Shown piece by piece: positions 59,533 through 64,000 of a stretch of DNA of 64,000 nt (its first letter is position 1; each line of letters begins with the position of its first letter). The notes beneath the pieces are model-generated. The model worked only from the letters and a program-made list of their open reading frames with translations, was not told the origin of the DNA and did not search any database. The translations under genes were made by a program, and so were the position numbers. The DNA comes from Octopus vulgaris (lineage: Eukaryota): contig OX597822.1 in assembly GCA_951406725.2 (NCBI GenBank), positions 61,876,001-61,940,000 of the forward strand, given 5' to 3'.

Positions 59533-59539
<7 letters not shown>
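58688..59539. repeat. Interleaved double inverted repeat (A 58688-58749 / 59199-59260; B 58964-59202 / 59301-59539) between (TA)n tracts, pseudo-LTR-like
   Basis: Both arm pairs are near-perfect reverse complements, and each arm type carries a decayed hammerhead-like motif. Confidence 0.9.
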
Positions 59540-59582
<43 letters not shown>

Positions 59583-59639
59583 CTGCTATTTCCAGTAAAT
59601 ATTGGTGCATTGTTGTACCAGTATCTTATTTATATATAT

Positions 59640-61770
59640 ATACGCAAACACAGACACAAGATAGCACCAAACAGACAAGAGGAACCAAAAGTGATAAAAA
59701 GTATCAATCTAACTCCCAAAGAACTAGCAGTAAACCAAATCAATATATTCTCCAAAGGGCTCAAGTTTACACCCTCACTACAACGCCCGAACTACAATTA
59801 AATGAAAGTAGACATCGCGGAATTCTGTAGAAAATTACGACTTGCTGAGGAGCTATACGACAAATACAACGAGGACGAATCGTTGGTCCGAAATAGAAAT
59901 AATTACAACCCCTCAAAAGGTAAGAACAGAACTCTTGATCATTTCTGTGAACACGTCTCGAATTACCCATATCAACATATGCACAAACAAAAACACAAAC
60001 CAAACTTCAGCAAAAAAGAATGGGCTGAGCTGAACAAATTAAAAGATGACAAAACAATAACAATCAAAGAGGCTGATAAAGGGAGTGCAGTTGTCTTAAT
60101 GGACACGATATTCTATATAACTCTAGTACTATCCATATTGGAAGACAACATATTATGAAAATGCCCAACACTATAGTGAGCACAAAATAATGAGAGACCT
60201 AAAAGCCATGTTAAACATATACAGAGAAGGGCTCACCGACAAAGAATATTACTATATGATCAATTTCAAAAGTAAAACCAGTCAATTCTACGGTATTCCC
60301 AAGATACACAAAAGTGGGAAAATAAGTAACGCATGCACCACAAACATAATAATCAATGTCCCTTCTCCTAATGACTTCAAAGTGAGACCTATAATAACAG
60401 GTCCCGCATGCGAAACACACCACCTCAGTAACGTTTTAGATACCCTCTTAAAACCATTCCTCAAGCATGTCAAAAGCTATATAAGGGACGACCTGGATAT
60501 ACTCAATCACCTTCCTGAAACAATAAACAAAAATACCCTACTAGTATCCTTCGATGTAGTGAACCTCTATTCCAATATACCCCACAACCTAGGAATAGAG
60601 GCAATTCAATCGCATCAAAAAAGAATTCGTGATAGAAGGGCTAAAATTCATCTTGGAGAATAACTACTTCGTCTTCAAAGACAACTTATATCGACAAAAA
60701 TCGGAGACTGTGATAGGTACGAGAATGGTCCCCTCCTTTGCTAACCTTGTCATGGGATATTTAGAAATTAGTTTTTATCGTAAGGTTCTAGAAAAATATG
60801 GCAGCCCATTCTCTCTCTACATAGAAAATAATTGGAAGAGATGCCTGGATGACTGTTTCATTCTTTGGCATGAAGGTATAGGATTAAAGAATTCCTAGCA
60901 CTTATAAATGGACTTGACGTAAACATTCAATTCACGACGGAATATAGCCATCAACAACTTCCCTTCCTCGACATCCTCATTAAGAAATCTAACAACGTAA
61001 TAGAAACAGATATATACTATAAGTCCACGGACTCCAAGCAATATCTACCGTTCAATTCATGCCACCCAGACACACAAGAATGAATATCTCCTTCAACCTA
61101 GCAAAAAGGTCATGTACTATAGTTTCTAATGCAAACACCAGAGACACACGACTACATGAACTAAATGATACACTCATCACCAGGCACTACCCACCTTCAC
61201 AAATTGACATATGCTTTCAACGTGCCCTTCAACTCAACATCCACGAACTCAGACATCCCAAATTAAAGAAGCATTTACAACCAAAAGCCCTACCATACAT
61301 CTCCAAACACAACCCTCTTAACAATGAAGCCTTTGACACCATCCTTCAAAACATTCCCCTGCTAAAAAGGGACCACAGAATGAACTTAATCCTCCAAATT
61401 CACACCATCATAAAAAGCAAGAGACAACCCAAATCTATGGAAAGTCTCCAAATACAAGCCCGTATACGCTCAACAACAACACAGAAGCCGTCAGTAAAAA
61501 AATGCGGAACTCAACTGTGGGATATGCGTCAATTTAATTGAGGGATCAGAGTTCTCCTTCAAATAGGGACAACGTTTTGCAGTGAAAAGCAGCTTCACAT
61601 GTGCTTCGGAGAACCTGATATACGCACTAACCTGCTCTGGCTGTCAAGAGCAATACATAGGCCAAACAAAAAGCAGTCTACGTAAAAAGGTTGGCTCTGC
61701 ACAGATCCCAGATCAAAATTCCCCAAAACAGAAAAATAGTATTCAGCCAACACATCGACATTCAAGACAT
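59640..61770 (+). pseudogene. Penelope-like element (Neptune-type) RT plus GIY-YIG endonuclease, frameshifted and 3'-truncated
   Basis: SKGLKFTP, TIKEADKGSAVV, FYGIPKIHK, RPII, LVSFDVVNLYSNIP, GTRMVPSFANL, KRCLDDCF, LPFLDI, a Cys-containing linker, then FTCASENLIYALTCSGCQEQYIGQT (GIY-YIG). Confidence 0.9.
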
Positions 61771-62309
61771 GACCATTTAACATCCTACTATTATCATACC
61801 ACCTGCATTCCTTTATTATACTCCCTTCACATTCTCCTTCTTCGTCTTCATCCTCTCCGCCACCTCCTTCCTAACATTACTACTATTGCTGTTTAGAATA
61901 ACACCTACGCAAATCTTATAAACAATACATTAAAGATATGTCTCAAGAATTCAATCACTACTACCATCCACAACAAGTCACTTTCAGGGCACTTGACCAT
62001 TTAACATACTACTACTATCATGGCACTCCCGCATTCTTCTTCTCCTCCTCCTTCTCCTCCTGCTTCTTCTTCTTCTCCTCCTCTTTCTCTTCTTCTTCTT
62101 CTTCTTCTTTTTCTTCTTCTCCTTCTTCTTCCCTGCTAAGAATTCACGACGACCTCGAACCCACAAGAGTAAACAAGAGAGACAGAGACAGGCAGAAACA
62201 AGAAAAATGCCCCTTGTATTTCAATACTATGCAAATATTCTTTTAAAAAAACTTTTCTTCAAAATTTAATTGTTTTCCAGTTACTGAAACCGGTACTGAA
62301 ATGGTTTTT

Positions 62310-62385
<76 letters not shown>

Positions 62386-62394
62386 CAATGTTAG

Positions 62395-62556
62395 ACCGCT
62401 GAACCCTACACATTTTTTAACCTTCTCTCTGTGTTTTTATTCTTCTAATTCCTTAGGCTCGAAACGTAAAAGACTTTTCCATTTTCCCCATCGTCAATCT
62501 AATACATTTGCTCATTGTTCCTACACTTGTCTTCGTCTTTTGTTTTTCTATAAATT
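62395..62556 (+). mobile_element. Pseudo-LTR-like short repeat, same family as 6222-6410, with half of a hammerhead motif
   Basis: taggctcgaaacgtaaaagacttttcc...ctaatacatttg..tgtcttcgtcttttg aligns by eye with 6295-6383. Confidence 0.55.
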
Positions 62557-62576
62557 TGAGATATATGAGTATGTGT

Positions 62577-62615
<39 letters not shown>

Positions 62616-64000
62616 TGTGGGTGTGGGTGTGTGTGCGTGTGCATATACAAATTAGCTAGAGCAATAGAATCAGCCTCTGTAACGAATATTAATTTGCACA
62701 TCTAACTTAAATTGGATGTTACCATAGACTACGGTCGTTGTCCTAAGATATCATCTCATATACATGTTCAGTGTTAAAACCGCACCAACACCGCCAGAAC
62801 TGACGTCTACCCATATAATTTGTGTTTTTAGTTCCTTACGTCTATACGAAATGATTTCTCAGGATGATTACCACAGTCTAGAGCAGTGATATACAAGGAA
62901 CGATATACAGAGAGGGAGAGAGAGAAGAAAATAAGAGAAAGATTTTTAATAAAATTGAAAATGTTCGGTATTCTGAACATTTTCTGCTCTATTAAATCTC
63001 TCTCTCTCTCTCTCTCTCTGTTCCATATATATATTCGATGATAGAAATATAGACATAAATATGTAGGCACGTGATTCTGTTGAATTTCCCTAAGTATTTG
63101 TTGCTTACTTGAAATAAAAATAACTTCACATCTACGTAGCGTTAATCAGAAAGGAAGTAGAAGGCAAAACAATAGACCGCAAGACATTTATTTTGGTGCT
63201 TTTCTGTCTCATCAATCGAGAACCAATTACAGCAAATAAATTGAGCTTAATATATGTAATAATAAATTATTCATGTTTTGAAGCGCTTAAAACAAAGTTA
63301 TACGCCTGAAAAATATTAAAAGATAAAAAAGTTTACTTGCATATCTTCAGAAGTACTTGGAAACAGAGGAACGAAAACTGAAGTCTTTCGACCTATTCTG
63401 CATAAATGTGGTGCTTTAATGTCTCATCATTGTTCACTACCGACAAAAAATAAAATAAATAAGTAAATAATCTGTTAAACTATATTGTACACTACTATAT
63501 CCAATCTATCTTGCCAATAATTTAATTAGCGTTTGCAATGCAGAACTCTCTTTCATTTCGGGCATTTCATTTAGCATGTAAAACATTTTCAGAATGCTGT
63601 GGGGATTTAGGCTTCACTTTTCATTCAAAATAACAATTATTTTTCAAGAAGACTATTGCCTTCTGTTAATCTTCAGCCCGAAAAGGCGATTTCAAAAGTT
63701 AATTGTTCTCTGCTCAACACACACGCACACACAAATACAAACACACACATGCACGCAAATGTACATATATGTATTGATTTTTCTTTGAGTTTAATTGAAA
63801 GTTTTCTTGAGAGAGTTCAAGCCGGTTGCTAGCAAGGCAGCAAGACTTTTTGAGTTGAGAGAGTTCTCGGTGTTTGCTGAGTTGGTGCGTTAGTTGAACT
63901 GTCGATGCATACACCCAAGCGTGTGCATCTATTCACATAAAAATCTCACATGGAAAATTTCTGGGATGTCTTACAAACCTTCATTGTGCCACTAATAGAT

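Overview
AT-rich eukaryotic intergenic or intronic DNA, dense in microsatellites. The SINE families and repeat spectrum resemble octopus/cephalopod genomes (inference). No host protein-coding exon could be supported. The window holds a near-identical 14.2-kb tandem duplication (6239-20402 / 20401-34590), a full-length but frameshifted R4/Dong-type LINE inside (TAA)n, and a frameshifted Penelope-like element (RT + GIY-YIG). It also has fragments of RTE LINEs, Helitrons and a mariner, a MITE, and many tRNA-derived SINEs. The most striking hidden signal is RNA-level: about a dozen distinct type I hammerhead-ribozyme motifs, from apparently intact to decayed. They lie in short non-coding inserts, often next to (TA)n tracts, and several are arranged as long inverted repeats. 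This resembles Penelope pseudo-LTRs or retrozyme-like non-autonomous elements. All folds and alignments were done by eye and need computational confirmation.
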